Assembly (NCBI GenBank): GCA_963710375.1
Contig: CAVPZX010000002.1
Location: forward strand, 576,001-640,000
Reading direction: 5' to 3'
Length of the DNA stretch: 64,000 nucleotides
Origin: Nitrospirota bacterium
Lineage (GTDB): Bacteria; Nitrospirota; Thermodesulfovibrionia; Thermodesulfovibrionales; Dissulfurispiraceae
Shown here: positions 29,654 through 42,576 of the stretch, piece by piece
How positions within the stretch are numbered: position 1 is the stretch's first letter
How the letters are laid out: each line of letters begins with the position of its first letter
Made by a program: the position numbers and the translations under genes
The notes under the pieces: model-generated
What the model saw: only the letters and a program-made list of their open reading frames with translations
The model's database searches: none
What the model was told of the DNA's origin: nothing

Positions 29654-29781
29654 TTTTGGCGCTCAAATTCGCCGCAGGTTTAAGCGATCTGATTGAGCTA
29701 AACCGCAGGCGTAGCAGAGCTACGTTGAGGATTTAGCGACTGAGGATCGATTAAAGATGCGGTGAAGTTGAGATGCCAAAA
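29654..29781. repeat. Rod-like palindromic intergenic element
   Basis: Nested pairs TTTTGGC/GCCAAAA, CTCAA/TTGAG, TTCGCCGCA/TGCGGTGAA, CGATC/GATCG, GCTAAA/TTTAGC, and an apical CGTAGC-AGA-GCTACG. Confidence 0.7.
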
Positions 29782-29823
29782 CGCTCACTCGATGAGGAGC
29801 GCATTAAAAGGAGGCGAACAAGC

Positions 29824-32702
<2,879 letters not shown>

Positions 32703-32706
32703 ACCA

Positions 32707-32797
32707 CGTGAACCGTGAAATGTGAATAGTGAAAGGTAAGAAGTTGGACTTCGTTTCCCGTTTACATCACGCTGCACGCTTCACGTTTCACGGCCTT
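32707..32797. repeat. Inverted heptamer-repeat element (third copy), overlapping the comF 5' end
   Basis: CGTGAACCGTGAAATGTGAATAGTGAAAG ... CTTCACGTTTCACGGCCTT. Confidence 0.75.
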
Positions 32798-33493
32798 TTG
32801 AATCTGCTGTTCCCCTCACCTTGTCCTGTATGCGGCAATGGTTCTGACAGTCACAGGCACAATCCTGTCTGTGTAGCCTGTTGGAGCGGGATTGAAAGAT
32901 ATTCAGGACCTGCATGCCTGATCTGCGGTCTGCCTCTGGTTTCTGAATATGCAACGTATTGTGAATCCTGTATGAAAGCACCGCCCCCTTTTTCAAAAAT
33001 TATCTATTATGGTGTTTATGACGGCGCCTTAAGAAAGGCCGTTCACCTCCTTAAATTCAAGGGCATTAAAAGGCTGGCCCGGCCCATTGCAGCCCTGCTG
33101 TCGGAACTGCCCATTCCAGATTCAGACGGGATTGTTCCTGTCCCTTTACATTCAAAAAAACTGAGGGAGAGGGAATTCAACCAGACCGCTTTAATCGGCA
33201 GACACCTGTCCAGGCGGTCCGGGATCCCGCTGTTGCTTGATATCTTGAAAAAGGATAAGACAACACTGCCGCAAACCGATGTCACAGGAAAGGAACGGCT
33301 GAAAAACGTTAAGAACGCATTCACTGCAGATAAATCCGTAAACGGCCTCAGGCTCATTCTCGTGGACGATGTTATCACCACCGGAGCCACAGTATATGAA
33401 TGCGCCAAGGTGCTGAAAAAAGCTGGTGCGGAAAGCATCACCGTTGTCGCACTTGCCCGCTCAATGCCTAAACATGCTCCTTTTTATTCATGA
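32729..33493 (+). CDS. comF: ComF family amidophosphoribosyltransferase-like protein
   Basis: Double zinc ribbon (four CxxC), VPVPLH, REFNQ and LVDDVITTGAT. Start uncertain (GTG 32729 or TTG 32798). Confidence 0.88.
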   Translation: MKGKKLDFVSRLHHAARFTFHGLLNLLFPSPCPVCGNGSDSHRHNPVCVACWSGIERYSGPACLICGLPLVSEYATYCESCMKAPPPFSKIIYYGVYDGALRKAVHLLKFKGIKRLARPIAALLSELPIPDSDGIVPVPLHSKKLREREFNQTALIGRHLSRRSGIPLLLDILKKDKTTLPQTDVTGKERLKNVKNAFTADKSVNGLRLILVDDVITTGATVYECAKVLKKAGAESITVVALARSMPKHAPFYS

Positions 33494-34046
33494 GATCTTT
33501 GTATCTGAAGCAGTCTATAACATGATCGTTAACCATGCCAACTGCCTGCATGAAAGAATAACAAATCATCGTACCGGCGAATTTAAAGCCTCTTTTTTTT
33601 AAATCCTTACTCATGGCATCAGACTCAGGGGTACTGCAAGGGATATCTGTTATCTTCTTCCACGAATTCATGATGGGTTTCCCATTCACGAATCTCCAAA
33701 TATAATTATTGAAGCTTCCAAACTCCTCCTGTACCTGCAGGAATGCTATGGCATTGCTGATAGTAGAGTTAATTTTGAGCCTGTTTCTTACGATCTCAGG
33801 ATTGTCAAGCAACATGGAAATCTTATTCTCTGAGTATCGGAAAATCTTCCGGGCGTCGAAATTATCGAAGGCCTTTCTGTAACCTTCACGCTTCTTAAGA
33901 ATAGTAACCCAGCTCAGCCCAGCCTGAGCACCCTCCAGAATCAGGAATTCGAACAGTGTTCTGTCATCATGAGTTTCCACGCCCCATTCGATATCATGAT
34001 AAGACTGCACAAGATCGCTTCCATCGGCCCATTCACAACGTTTCAT
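33468..34046 (-). CDS. tag: DNA-3-methyladenine glycosylase I
   Basis: RCEW, YHDIEWG, LEGAQAGLSW and MQAVGMVNDH motifs. Confidence 0.95.
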   Translation of the reverse strand: MKRCEWADGSDLVQSYHDIEWGVETHDDRTLFEFLILEGAQAGLSWVTILKKREGYRKAFDNFDARKIFRYSENKISMLLDNPEIVRNRLKINSTISNAIAFLQVQEEFGSFNNYIWRFVNGKPIMNSWKKITDIPCSTPESDAMSKDLKKRGFKFAGTMICYSFMQAVGMVNDHVIDCFRYKDLMNKKEHV

Positions 34047-34064
34047 ATCTAAAATCGTATAATT

Positions 34065-34649
34065 TTATTGAACAAGCTTGCGACCGAAGGCCATTGCCTT
34101 TTGGCGAAGTTGCATGTTCTGCTTGATCTCATCTGAAAACATCGATGCAAAAGGTACCAGCAGTGAGTCAAAGGAAAGGCCGGCAAACCCTGCGATAGCG
34201 CCGACAGTCTTCTCTACGAGCCTCAACCCCGGTTCTATATCTCCGCCGGCGGTAGCGACTACCCCTATTTTGAGATGCCCCATGTTGTGCCTATAGCTGC
34301 CTTTGGAGGGATCAAATTTAATTAGTGAATACATCCTGTCCACAAGGAGTTTTAATTGCGCGCTCATTCCGAAAAAATAGACCGGAGTTGCCAAAACGAG
34401 AATATCGGCCTCTGGAATGCGAGCTACGACCGGCTTAATCTCATCGTCAACAACGCATTCAAACTTGTCGGATTTCTGACATCCGAGGCAGGCAATGCAG
34501 CCGTTGTTTTTACTTTTCAGGCTCGCCACGTCTACTATCTCCACATCGGCCCCAGCCTCTTCAGCCCCCTTTGCCACCCAACTGACAACAGTATTAGAGT
34601 TGCCATTTTTCCTCGGACTACCTGTTAAAATCATTACCTTCCTGCTCAT
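34065..34649 (-). CDS. Flavodoxin-family / iron-sulfur flavoprotein
   Basis: GSPRKNGNS, CIACLGC...C and ATPVYF motifs. Confidence 0.88.
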   Translation of the reverse strand: MSRKVMILTGSPRKNGNSNTVVSWVAKGAEEAGADVEIVDVASLKSKNNGCIACLGCQKSDKFECVVDDEIKPVVARIPEADILVLATPVYFFGMSAQLKLLVDRMYSLIKFDPSKGSYRHNMGHLKIGVVATAGGDIEPGLRLVEKTVGAIAGFAGLSFDSLLVPFASMFSDEIKQNMQLRQKAMAFGRKLVQ

Positions 34650-34838
34650 ACACACCTCCGTATCATTATGCGATGGGTATCATTTCCTTCCGCAATAAAT
34701 AACCTAACTATTTATTATGTCATTTGCAAAAGATTGAGAAGCTGTCAACACCAATATACTTAAAAAAACCAAAACTATTTTAACCAATGAATTCATTTCC
34801 TCCTCTTCAAATTATACAGAAGTGAGGCTGTTTTTTTG

Positions 34839-35978
34839 TCACTTTTGAGTAGAGGTGCTGATCAGCGGAAAAACATTTTCCTTGATCCATGAAATGACCC
34901 TGCTGACCTCGTTCTTCACTTTCTTTTTTTGCGCCCCTGTTTCCTGATACTCTTTGTCCCGAAGCTTATGGCTCCTGAACCCATCGAGAGGATATTGTTC
35001 CAGGAACGCCTCCGGCAGGGCATTGGGCAGATCGACCTCATTCATAATCGCCCACGCGAGAGTCCATGCTTTGGCAACGTTCGTTACGTCGTATCCTCCT
35101 CCTCCGAGGGCGATCCACCTGGGTGAGAGATCTTTTATCTTCCCGACTACTTCGCAAAAACCGTTTGTCGTGTATTTCAGGTGGGCGAGGGGATCTGTGA
35201 TAAATGAATCGACCCCAAGCTGACTTACAACAATGTCTGGCTTGAACTTCTTGAGCAGCGACGGAACGACCTCCTCGAAGGAATATACAAAGAGCTCATC
35301 GTCGGAGGAAGGGGGCATAGGGATATTCACAGAATATCCCCTTCCTTCTCCTTCGCCGATCTCTGTCTCGAATCCTGTACCTGGGAAAAGGTACAGGCCA
35401 GATTCGTGGAATGATATCGTCAGCACTTTGTCGGTACGGTAAAACGCATCCTGCACGCCGTCACAGTGATGCGCGTCTATATCGATATAGGCTACTCTTT
35501 TCCCTTTTCTTAGTAGAGAGTAAATAACGATCACAGGGTCATTGATGTAGCAGAACCCTGATGCCTTGGCCGCCAGTGCATGGTGGAGACCACCCGAGAC
35601 GTTGAAGGAGATCGGCGCCGCGCCGCTGTCGACGAGCTCGGCTGCCTGAAGAGAAGCCCCTGTCACGAGCCGCGACCATTCGTAGACCCCCTTGAATACA
35701 GGGTTATCACCATAGCCGAGGCCATAATTTTCTACTCCGGGTATCTCGCTCCCATTGTTCACACCGTTCAGCATATCGATGTAATCTCGCGTATGATAAA
35801 GAAGCAGATACTTTTCTTCTGCTGGTATCGCCTGGATAACAGGGACATCTGGGAGAGATAGGAGTCCGTAAGCGTTCATTAGCTCATAAGTGAGTTTAAG
35901 CCTGAATGACCTGAGAGGATGCCCGGCTCCATAGTCATATTTAGCGAAGTCCTCGGAGTAGATGATGGATGTTTTCAT
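34839..35978 (-). CDS. acuC: AcuC / histone-deacetylase family protein
   Basis: GGLHHA, SGFCYIND, DIDAHHCDG, FPGTG, DPLAH and GGGGY motifs; start re-assigned to MKTSII. Confidence 0.9.
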   Translation of the reverse strand: MKTSIIYSEDFAKYDYGAGHPLRSFRLKLTYELMNAYGLLSLPDVPVIQAIPAEEKYLLLYHTRDYIDMLNGVNNGSEIPGVENYGLGYGDNPVFKGVYEWSRLVTGASLQAAELVDSGAAPISFNVSGGLHHALAAKASGFCYINDPVIVIYSLLRKGKRVAYIDIDAHHCDGVQDAFYRTDKVLTISFHESGLYLFPGTGFETEIGEGEGRGYSVNIPMPPSSDDELFVYSFEEVVPSLLKKFKPDIVVSQLGVDSFITDPLAHLKYTTNGFCEVVGKIKDLSPRWIALGGGGYDVTNVAKAWTLAWAIMNEVDLPNALPEAFLEQYPLDGFRSHKLRDKEYQETGAQKKKVKNEVSRVISWIKENVFPLISTSTQK

Positions 35979-36153
35979 GTCTTTTCTAATTATATGGGAA
36001 ATACGACGCCAATGGAAGGCTGCAAGCTTGTCACCACAATACGCAACGATCCTCACAGAAGACCTCACCTTAGCGCTTACTGATTTTTCTGCGGAGTTCA
36101 ATGACAACTCTGAAGTGTTGACGATGGTGATTATTATAAATGATAATATGACA

Positions 36154-36660
36154 ATGAAAAACTCTTGGCCTATACCTATTACAGTAATATTGTTATTCGT
36201 GGCTGCCTGCGCGCCTGTTATACGCGAGGACCTCATGAAATCCGGCGATAGGCAGGTGCCTCTGGTAAAAATGAGAGAAACACCCGCTTCTTTTCAAGGC
36301 AGACTTTTTATTCTCGGTGGACAGATAGTAAAGACAGAAGTCACCAATACGGGTTCTCTTCTTATCGAAGCAGACTACGATTCGGTGGACTCCAACGGGT
36401 ATATAGTAAGGAAAAACGACCATTCTAAAGGCAGATATCTTGCACTATTAACTAAGGATGGAAGGCATCTGGATCCCAAATCCTATTCGGAAAAGCAGTA
36501 TGTCACGATAGCGGGCGTATTCACAGGCGTGAGAACCGGCAAATTTCACGGGACCGATTACAAATATCCGGTCTTTGAAATAAAAGACATTTATCTTTGG
36601 CCGATCTCGAGGGATCTTCCGCTTTTTTACAACTTCGGCGGCGCTGAACACTCTTTCTGA
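36154..36660 (+). CDS. Slp family outer-membrane lipoprotein
   Basis: Lipobox VAAC-APVI and LGGQIV, GRYLA, LDPKSY, VTIAG, YKYPV motifs. Confidence 0.85.
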   Translation: MKNSWPIPITVILLFVAACAPVIREDLMKSGDRQVPLVKMRETPASFQGRLFILGGQIVKTEVTNTGSLLIEADYDSVDSNGYIVRKNDHSKGRYLALLTKDGRHLDPKSYSEKQYVTIAGVFTGVRTGKFHGTDYKYPVFEIKDIYLWPISRDLPLFYNFGGAEHSF

Positions 36661-36739
36661 CATCGTCAGACAATACCCCCCAAAACTGAGAAACTTTGTG
36701 GACGTTGTTATTTACGTTGCGTTATACTGCTTTAAACGC

Positions 36740-38287
36740 TCAGGCGTGCTTCTTTAAACGTCCGTACTTTATGCCTAGCCTATCCAAGCGCCACCGCAAA
36801 GTACTCGGATTGACGCCAAGTAATTCCGCTGCACCGCCAGGGCCGTGAATCCTTCCGTTGGTGATTTTCAGGACTTTGCTCAGGTGCAGAGCTGTCGCTT
36901 CATCGAGTTTCAAGGGGACTTCCTGTTGAGCAATGGATCCCCCTCCTCTCTCGGTGGAAAGCAGCGAATCAAACATCAATTGTCCTCCCCGGTGGCGTAT
37001 CAACTCCCGCTCAACCAGGTTCTCCAACTCTCGGACATTCCCTGGCCAAGCATAGTCCATAAGCCGCTGCAAAGCGCCGGGCACAATGTTGGGAGCGATC
37101 GGAACACCCAATTCCCTGCTTTTTTGTGTAACAAAATAGCGGGTCAAGGCCGGGATATCTTCCTTCCTCTGCCGCAGCGGCGGTATGATAATAGGGAAGA
37201 CATTCAACCGGAACCAAAGGTCCTCGCGGAACCGATTTTCCGAAACCATGCTTTCCAGGTTGCGGTGGGTCGCTGCTATCACCCTGATGTCAACATTTAT
37301 AGGCTTACTGCCTCCGACCCGTTCGATTACACGGTTTTGAAGCACCCGAAGGAGACGTACCTGTGCCTGGAGCGGCAGTTCACCGATTTCGTCCAGGAAT
37401 ATGGTCCCGCCGTCAGCGCGCTCGAAGCGGCCGCGCATATCAGTTACTGCGCCGGTGAACGCTCCTTTTTCATGACCGAACAATTCGCTGTCGATGAGGC
37501 TTTCTGGAATAGCTCCGCAGTTTACCTTTATAAAGGGTTTATCCTTTCGCGACGACGAAAAATGAATCGTATTGGCGACCAGTTCCTTGCCTGTCCCTGT
37601 TTCCCCCAAGAGCAGCACCGTGTTATTCAGCTGAGCAACCTGTTGTACCATCTCCATAACATTTCTTAATCCTGAATTCCCGCCGATAACCTCGTCTCCC
37701 GCCTGTGATATGAGCTCCCTATTCAAAAAACGGTTGTCATCGAGCAGGACGTCTCTGTATTTAAGTAGCTTTTCATGAGCCAGGGCATTTGAAAGGGCGA
37801 TGGCAAATGGTTCGGCGACGATAGCGATTAGATCGAGGTGATTTTGAGTATACAGTCCTTCACCCCTGGCTTTAAGTACGAGGTTACCAATCAGCTCATC
37901 TCCTATCCAGAGCGGCGACACAAGTACTGAGTTCCCTCTCAACTCCGATTTGATGAGAGTGGCAACAGATCGTATGAATTCGTTGGAAACAGATGAGTTC
38001 ATAATAACAGGCTTGTAGAACTCCTGGTGCGGAGCCGCTGCCTTTGTCAGCGCCCAGAGTTTCTCGGGAATCGGTATAATTTCATCAGGAATTTTGAGCT
38101 CTTCTGCAGCCGCGTGGGCTACTCTCCTGATTGCGCTCAAGTCATGGTCAAGAATGTTAAAGAATAGGCTATCCAGTGGGAAATGCTGTCTCAAATACTC
38201 GAACGCACTCTTCAGCGCGGTTTCTATCTGAAGACTGCTGCATATCCGGACTGTCACTTCCCTGAAAAATTCATCTTTGTTGACCAT
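36740..38287 (-). CDS. GAF-domain sigma54-dependent activator (FhlA/NifA-like)
   Basis: N-terminal GAF-like region, [24 protein letters not shown] and the [13 protein letters not shown]. Confidence 0.92.
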   Translation of the reverse strand: MVNKDEFFREVTVRICSSLQIETALKSAFEYLRQHFPLDSLFFNILDHDLSAIRRVAHAAAEELKIPDEIIPIPEKLWALTKAAAPHQEFYKPVIMNSSVSNEFIRSVATLIKSELRGNSVLVSPLWIGDELIGNLVLKARGEGLYTQNHLDLIAIVAEPFAIALSNALAHEKLLKYRDVLLDDNRFLNRELISQAGDEVIGGNSGLRNVMEMVQQVAQLNNTVLLLGETGTGKELVANTIHFSSSRKDKPFIKVNCGAIPESLIDSELFGHEKGAFTGAVTDMRGRFERADGGTIFLDEIGELPLQAQVRLLRVLQNRVIERVGGSKPINVDIRVIAATHRNLESMVSENRFREDLWFRLNVFPIIIPPLRQRKEDIPALTRYFVTQKSRELGVPIAPNIVPGALQRLMDYAWPGNVRELENLVERELIRHRGGQLMFDSLLSTERGGGSIAQQEVPLKLDEATALHLSKVLKITNGRIHGPGGAAELLGVNPSTLRWRLDRLGIKYGRLKKHA

Positions 38288-38329
38288 ATTCGCCAAACCT
38301 AATTATTCGAATGCCCGAAAAATAAAATT

Positions 38330-38459
38330 GCAACATATTGCTATTATAGTCCAGCCGACAATATATTGCAATCGTGATTGCGGTATATTGCTGTTTAAAA
38401 GACGCTGCCTTTTTCAGGCATTGATATTATTATGTTTTTTTGCTGGCACATAAATCGCT
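38330..38459 (+). promoter_or_regulatory. Activator sites plus sigma54 promoter
   Basis: GCAACATATTGC (38330), ACAATATATTGC (38358), GCGGTATATTGC (38380); TGGCAC-ATAAA-TCGCT at 38444-38459. Confidence 0.7.
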
Positions 38460-38668
38460 ATATAAAGAATATGAGGACAAGGATCAAAATGGTAAGGCTA
38501 CTTTATATAACCTGTAACTTGAACTTGGAAAAGGGGGTGGTGGCAAAGCAGATAACCGTTTCATAGACAAAAATTGGGAATTTAAGTAGTTCCATATAAT
38601 CACTCATGAGAATCTACTAAATTCAAGAAAGTTAATAAAACAATATATCACTCAAGGAGGGAACTTAA

Positions 38669-39127
38669 ATGAAAACAATTTTATCGACAGTTTTATCAGT
38701 GCTGGTGTCAGTTTTTCTCGTCAGTGTAGCTATCGCTGGGGACAATTCGTTTGTAGCTGGAGGGCAAGTGATTACTGGTCAGTCACTATTTCCTCTCAGT
38801 AATCCTTCACTAAGTGTTGTGACAGAAGGGCCGGCTGTGCCTCACGTGGCTGTTAGCGGCCAGGGGGCTAATTCGTTTGTAGCTGGAGGACAGGTGATTA
38901 CTGGTCAGTCGCTATTTCCTTTCAGCAACCCTTCAGTAACTGTTGTAACAGCAGACTCGGCTGTACCTCGCATTGATGTTAGCGGCAAGGTGGATAGATC
39001 GTTTGTAGCTGGAGGGCAATTGCTTACCGGACAGTCGCTATTTCCTTTCAGCAATCCTTCAGCAAGTGTTGTGACAGCAGGGTCGGTCGTACCTAACATG
39101 GGTATTAGCGACCTGGCGGATTATTAG
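38669..39127 (+). CDS. Secreted protein made of three tandem 42-aa repeats
   Basis: AAGGAGG RBS, Sec signal ending AIA, and the repeat NSFVAGGQVITGQSLFPFSNPS... with a 126-bp period (38744, 38870, 38996). Confidence 0.85.
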   Translation: MKTILSTVLSVLVSVFLVSVAIAGDNSFVAGGQVITGQSLFPLSNPSLSVVTEGPAVPHVAVSGQGANSFVAGGQVITGQSLFPFSNPSVTVVTADSAVPRIDVSGKVDRSFVAGGQLLTGQSLFPFSNPSASVVTAGSVVPNMGISDLADY

Positions 39128-39158
39128 TTTGTAGCTGGAGGTCACATCATTACTGGAC

Positions 39159-39188
39159 AGGCGCCGAGGTTTTAGGCGCCTTTTTTTT
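39159..39188 (+). terminator. Intrinsic terminator
   Basis: AGGCGCC...GGCGCCT stem followed by a T8 run. Confidence 0.7.
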
Positions 39189-39237
39189 CGGCGAACGGTC
39201 ATTGATATGTTCCCTCTCTTCATGATAATCTGCCTTT

Positions 39238-41460
39238 ATGCTGAATAAGCCATTTTTATTGAGCTCGTTATCCCTAAAAACCAAAATCACCGGACTAGTG
39301 CTGATTCTGTTTTTGTGCAACATTTGGGTGTTGACGTTTTTTATTTCAGAGCGAGTGGAACACGAAATGATCACCCAAATAGAAACACAGCAGTTCTCGA
39401 CTGCATCATACATAGCTGATAGTATTGAAGTGCAGGTTAAACTGCGCATTAACGCGCTGACAACAATTGCCGACAGAATCACCCTGGACATACTCGCCAA
39501 CCCCAGTAAATTAAGAGAGTTTTTGCGTGACAAACCTTTGTTGACGACCCTGTTTCAAAAAGGGTGTGTGGTGATTTCACGGGGAGGCATAGGAATAGCC
39601 GATTACCCTGTATTGCCAGGGCGGGCAGGAGCATCTTATTCAGACCGTGAATATTTCAAGGAAGTGGTAGCTACGGGAAGACCGGTGGTGGGAGAGCCAG
39701 GGACCGGTCGATTTTCTCAAGAACCTGTTATCCGTTTTGCAGTCCCTGTTATGACCTCACCAGGCAAGCTTGTCGCTGTGTTGGCAGGTTATACATTGGC
39801 GTCAGACCCGTCTCTGCTGGGGTCGATCAAAAGTCCTGCATACGAAGACTTCCCAGACAGACTACTTTTAGTATCTCCCAAAGATCGTATTTTTATCTCC
39901 GCGAGTGATCCGCTGCGCATAATGCAGCCAACACCAAAAATTGGTGTGAACCCTTTATTCGACAGGTTTATGGCCGGGTTTGAAGGTTCCGGAGTCGCCG
40001 TTAATTCGAGGGGTATCAGAATGCTTTTATCTGCCAAACAAATACCAACGCTAGGCTGGTTTATCCGGGTGGGGCTGCCGACAGAGTTGGCATTTTCGTC
40101 GATTCGTTCAATGAAGGACCGTGCATATTTGATAGCAGTTATCCTATCACTGCTAAGTTCGTTGCTCGTATGGATTATTGTCAGGCAAGCACTGCGCCCA
40201 CTCTACAATGCAAGCAGACTTATACGGGATATTACTGAGGAACGGTTGCCGCCACAGGACATTCCCGTTACTCAGAGTGATGAGGTAGGTCAGCTGCTCA
40301 CCAGTTTCAATGTGCATCTTAATTACCGCAAGAGTGCTGAAGATACGATGAGAAAGAGTGAGGAGAAGTTCAGAACCATAGCAGACTTTACCTATGGCTG
40401 GGAGTACTGGATAGCCCCCACCGATGAAATCCTGTACTGTTCTCCTTCAAGCACGCGTATTAGCGGATATTCGCCGGAGGAATTCATAAAAACTCCGAGT
40501 CTTCTGCAAAGCATTATTCATCCTGGCGATATGGAATTTTACCGTAGACATATCGAGGTCTTTCATAACAGTTATGATGATGGAGAACAAATTCAATTTC
40601 GCATAAGAACAAAAAACGGTGATGAGCGGTGGATAGGGCACGCATGTAAAGCTGTGTTTAATGAGGAAGGAAAGTTTCTTGGCAGAAGAGTCTCAAACAG
40701 AGACATAACTGACAGTAAACTCAAGGAAATGGAGATAGCCGAGTCCAGGCAGCATATAAACACCCTCAACGATAATATATTGAAGATGCTGAGAATTATG
40801 TCACATGACATAAGGAGCCCGCTCATAGCGACATCAGCTACGTTAAAGTTACTGTTACGGGGAACTTACGGGAAACTGGACGAAAGTGTTTTTCAAACGG
40901 TCAAAGACCTCTCAATCAGGATCACACAAATTATTGGGCTTGCAGAAGACTGTCTTGCCAAAGCACAGGTAGTGAACAGCGAACTCCAAATAGAGAAGAA
41001 TGAAATAGACCTCAGACGTGAAGTAATAGAGGCTGTGCTTGCTGAACTGGCAGCGGAAATAGAGAAGAAGAATATCTTCATTGACAACAGACTCGGTGCA
41101 ATTCCCACTGGCACCATAATAGTCAATGCCAGCAAAATGTGGTTGAAGGTTGTATACAGAAACCTTTTCAGCAATGCCATCAAATATGGTGGACATGGCT
41201 GCACTATAGCCTTCGGTTATGAAGATCATGGTTCTTATTACCGGTTTAATGTATACAACACAGGAATCCCTATTCCGGAAGATAAAAGGAGCATACTATT
41301 CACAAAATTTGGCAGAGTAATGAGAGATGGGGAGACTGTTCAGGATGGTGTAGGCATGGGCCTGTTCATGACAAAGGAAATAATCAACCAGCATGGTGGT
41401 GACATATGGTATGAAGCAAAACCTGAAGGTAATGATTTCATTTTTACATTGCCCAAATAA
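39238..41460 (+). CDS. Sensor histidine kinase (Cache-HAMP-PAS-HisKA-HATPase)
   Basis: Two TM helices, SDREYF, DEVGQL, a PAS domain, MSHDIRSPL, NAIKY and GMGL. Confidence 0.9.
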   Translation: MLNKPFLLSSLSLKTKITGLVLILFLCNIWVLTFFISERVEHEMITQIETQQFSTASYIADSIEVQVKLRINALTTIADRITLDILANPSKLREFLRDKPLLTTLFQKGCVVISRGGIGIADYPVLPGRAGASYSDREYFKEVVATGRPVVGEPGTGRFSQEPVIRFAVPVMTSPGKLVAVLAGYTLASDPSLLGSIKSPAYEDFPDRLLLVSPKDRIFISASDPLRIMQPTPKIGVNPLFDRFMAGFEGSGVAVNSRGIRMLLSAKQIPTLGWFIRVGLPTELAFSSIRSMKDRAYLIAVILSLLSSLLVWIIVRQALRPLYNASRLIRDITEERLPPQDIPVTQSDEVGQLLTSFNVHLNYRKSAEDTMRKSEEKFRTIADFTYGWEYWIAPTDEILYCSPSSTRISGYSPEEFIKTPSLLQSIIHPGDMEFYRRHIEVFHNSYDDGEQIQFRIRTKNGDERWIGHACKAVFNEEGKFLGRRVSNRDITDSKLKEMEIAESRQHINTLNDNILKMLRIMSHDIRSPLIATSATLKLLLRGTYGKLDESVFQTVKDLSIRITQIIGLAEDCLAKAQVVNSELQIEKNEIDLRREVIEAVLAELAAEIEKKNIFIDNRLGAIPTGTIIVNASKMWLKVVYRNLFSNAIKYGGHGCTIAFGYEDHGSYYRFNVYNTGIPIPEDKRSILFTKFGRVMRDGETVQDGVGMGLFMTKEIINQHGGDIWYEAKPEGNDFIFTLPK

Positions 41461-41496
41461 TAAAGGAAGAACAAAACAGAGAAAACAGCCTTCAGC

Positions 41497-41628
41497 TTAT
41501 TGATTTTGCTTTTCTGCTATGTAATCATCATGCAGACGTTCAACGATAAGTGATAACTCAGACTCTTCTATGTGAGAACATATTGGACTCTCACGCAGTA
41601 TTTCTATAAGTTCCGTCTTCGTAATCAT
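41497..41628 (-). CDS. Small hypothetical protein (43 aa)
   Basis: MITKTELIEILRESPICSH...; supported by the ORF only. Confidence 0.35.
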   Translation of the reverse strand: MITKTELIEILRESPICSHIEESELSLIVERLHDDYIAEKQNQ

Positions 41629-41939
41629 CTCTTGACATAGTTTATACCATAATCTATCTAATTCCTTCAAGGAGTAATTAGTCAACTTAGTCAACAGCGT
41701 CCCCGAAGTTATCACTCAACATTGCCTGATCGCCATCTGGTTAAACCGCTGACCAAACTTGGTGCAATTCCCGGTTCATTAAGGCATGGCGTACCTGCAA
41801 TGTGATAATAATAATGATATATCAATGATATAAATAATTATTACGAGCTGGTACAAACATTGCTTAATTCTCCTCGCTTTAATACTCGTAGAAACGTTGC
41901 AGGTAGAAACCGATCCGATGAATACACCTGTTCAACCAA

Positions 41940-42421
41940 TAAAAAGGATATGATCGAGCTTGAGACCTCAGATATTGGATAATTTAGGACTTGAAGCAGC
42001 AGTCGAGTGGCAGATTCGGGAATTCCAGAACAGAACTGACATACGTTGTGATCGGATTATCGAGCTTAAGAATGTCGTCATTGGGGAGCAACTCGCCACT
42101 GCCATATTCCGCATACTTCAAGAGGCCTTGACGAATATTATGAGACATGCAAAAGCGACGATGGTGCAGGTATTTCTAAAAGAACAAAACGGCAACATAC
42201 TACTGAAGGTCCGGGACAATGGGAAGGGGATAATGGAGAGTGAATATACCCAACCCGGTTCTTTTGGACTTGCCCGTATGCAAGAAAGGGTCAGATCTTT
42301 TGGTGGAGAGTTGACAATAAATGGAACTCCAGGAAATGGCACGACCATAACGGTAAACATCTCCCACTATATCACTCCTGAAACCACGCATATAGCTGAT
42401 TCCGGTGTATTGAGCATTTAG
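41940..42421 (+). pseudogene. 5'-truncated NarX/UhpB-type histidine kinase remnant
   Basis: KRI*SSLRPQILDNLGL, FRILQEALTNIMRHA, DNGKG and FGLARMQER. In-frame TGA at 41951; no H-box or sensor domain. Confidence 0.75.
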
Positions 42422-42576
42422 GGGACGGTGTTAACTTTGTTAACTTCAGAGGAGGCAGGGATTTAAAGAGTTCTGCCGCAAGATGGTCCCGATAAAAGTT
42501 ATTTTCGGTAATGTGCACATTTTTCTAGTTTCCGAGAGTGTTAGTTTGTCAGGTGCAGCCAACGTTTAAAATGACA

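Noticed and set aside
35979..36236. Overlapping N-terminal extensions of acuC and the Slp gene
   Set aside because: Family similarity begins at 35978 and 36154; the extensions are longest-ORF artefacts.
39125..39127. Pyrrolysine at the TAG
   Set aside because: The position is Ser in the other repeats, there are no pyl genes in the window, and the protein is not a methyltransferase.
38744..39160. CRISPR-like periodic repeats
   Set aside because: The period is 126 bp and in frame within a CDS, the intervening parts are also homologous, and there are no cas genes.
41951..41953. Selenocysteine at the TGA in the kinase fragment
   Set aside because: It is a non-catalytic position in a 5'-truncated remnant, and I saw no convincing SECIS.
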